Positions 63,782 to 64,000 of a stretch of 64,000 nucleotides of DNA are shown in pieces; the first letter of the stretch is position 1; each line of letters opens with the position of its first letter. Both the position numbers and the translations under genes were made by a program. Location: contig JYFJ02001718.1 in assembly GCA_000934665.2 (NCBI GenBank), forward strand, positions 1-64,000, given 5' to 3'. The notes below the pieces were generated by a model that did not search any database, had not been told where the DNA came from, and saw nothing but the letters and a program-made list of their open reading frames with translations. This DNA comes from Catajapyx aquilonaris (taxonomy: Eukaryota).

Positions 63782-64000
63782 GACTGGCGAATTTTTCTGT
63801 GAAACATACAATATCCAATAAAAGTATTTTGGGATGCGAATTATACAGTATACGGTTTATTATAGATAATTGCATTAAAATATATGTCCATGTAATGACT
63901 AAGGCTGTCACGTCTAAAAATGGAAACAGGCTACTACTTATGATGGAAAATTGATTTCATGATTGACTTTGTCAACTGTATTGTATAGTCAACGCCTCCG

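Noticed and set aside
61700..64000. Short ORFs at the window end
   Set aside because: AT-rich upstream/intergenic DNA with no motif, splice-consistent model or repeat structure beyond a GT microsatellite.

Overview
Eukaryotic (invertebrate, arthropod-like) genomic DNA with short GT-AG introns, so the six-frame ORF track mostly shows exon fragments; the gene models here were spliced by hand. The region 0.9-33.1 kb is a head-to-tail array of seven CLCA-family genes (calcium-activated chloride channel regulator; HExxH zinc metalloprotease + vWA + beta-rich + FNIII-like + TM) on the + strand, plus a decayed CLCA fragment. The paralogs differ in which modules they keep. CLCA-2 has no TM (polybasic tail) and a degenerate MIDAS. 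CLCA-3 has lost a zinc ligand (HEWAR) and the VLPRxP putative self-cleavage motif. CLCA-6 has lost the whole vWA/beta-rich core and gained a Ser/Thr-rich stalk built from phase-0 micro-exons. CLCA-7 has lost a block of introns. The region 33.2-39.4 kb holds an 84-bp minisatellite made of TF-motif-like words, then Nup43 and eIF1A (with nested fold-back elements in intron 3). The region 41.6-61.3 kb is a lipid cluster of four ELOVL elongases (- strand; two from a recent ~5.5-5.9 kb tandem duplication) around one divergent Delta9-type acyl-CoA desaturase (+ strand). There are many MITE/fold-back elements. No rRNA, tRNA or CRISPR array was seen. Family assignments come from motif recognition, not database searches.
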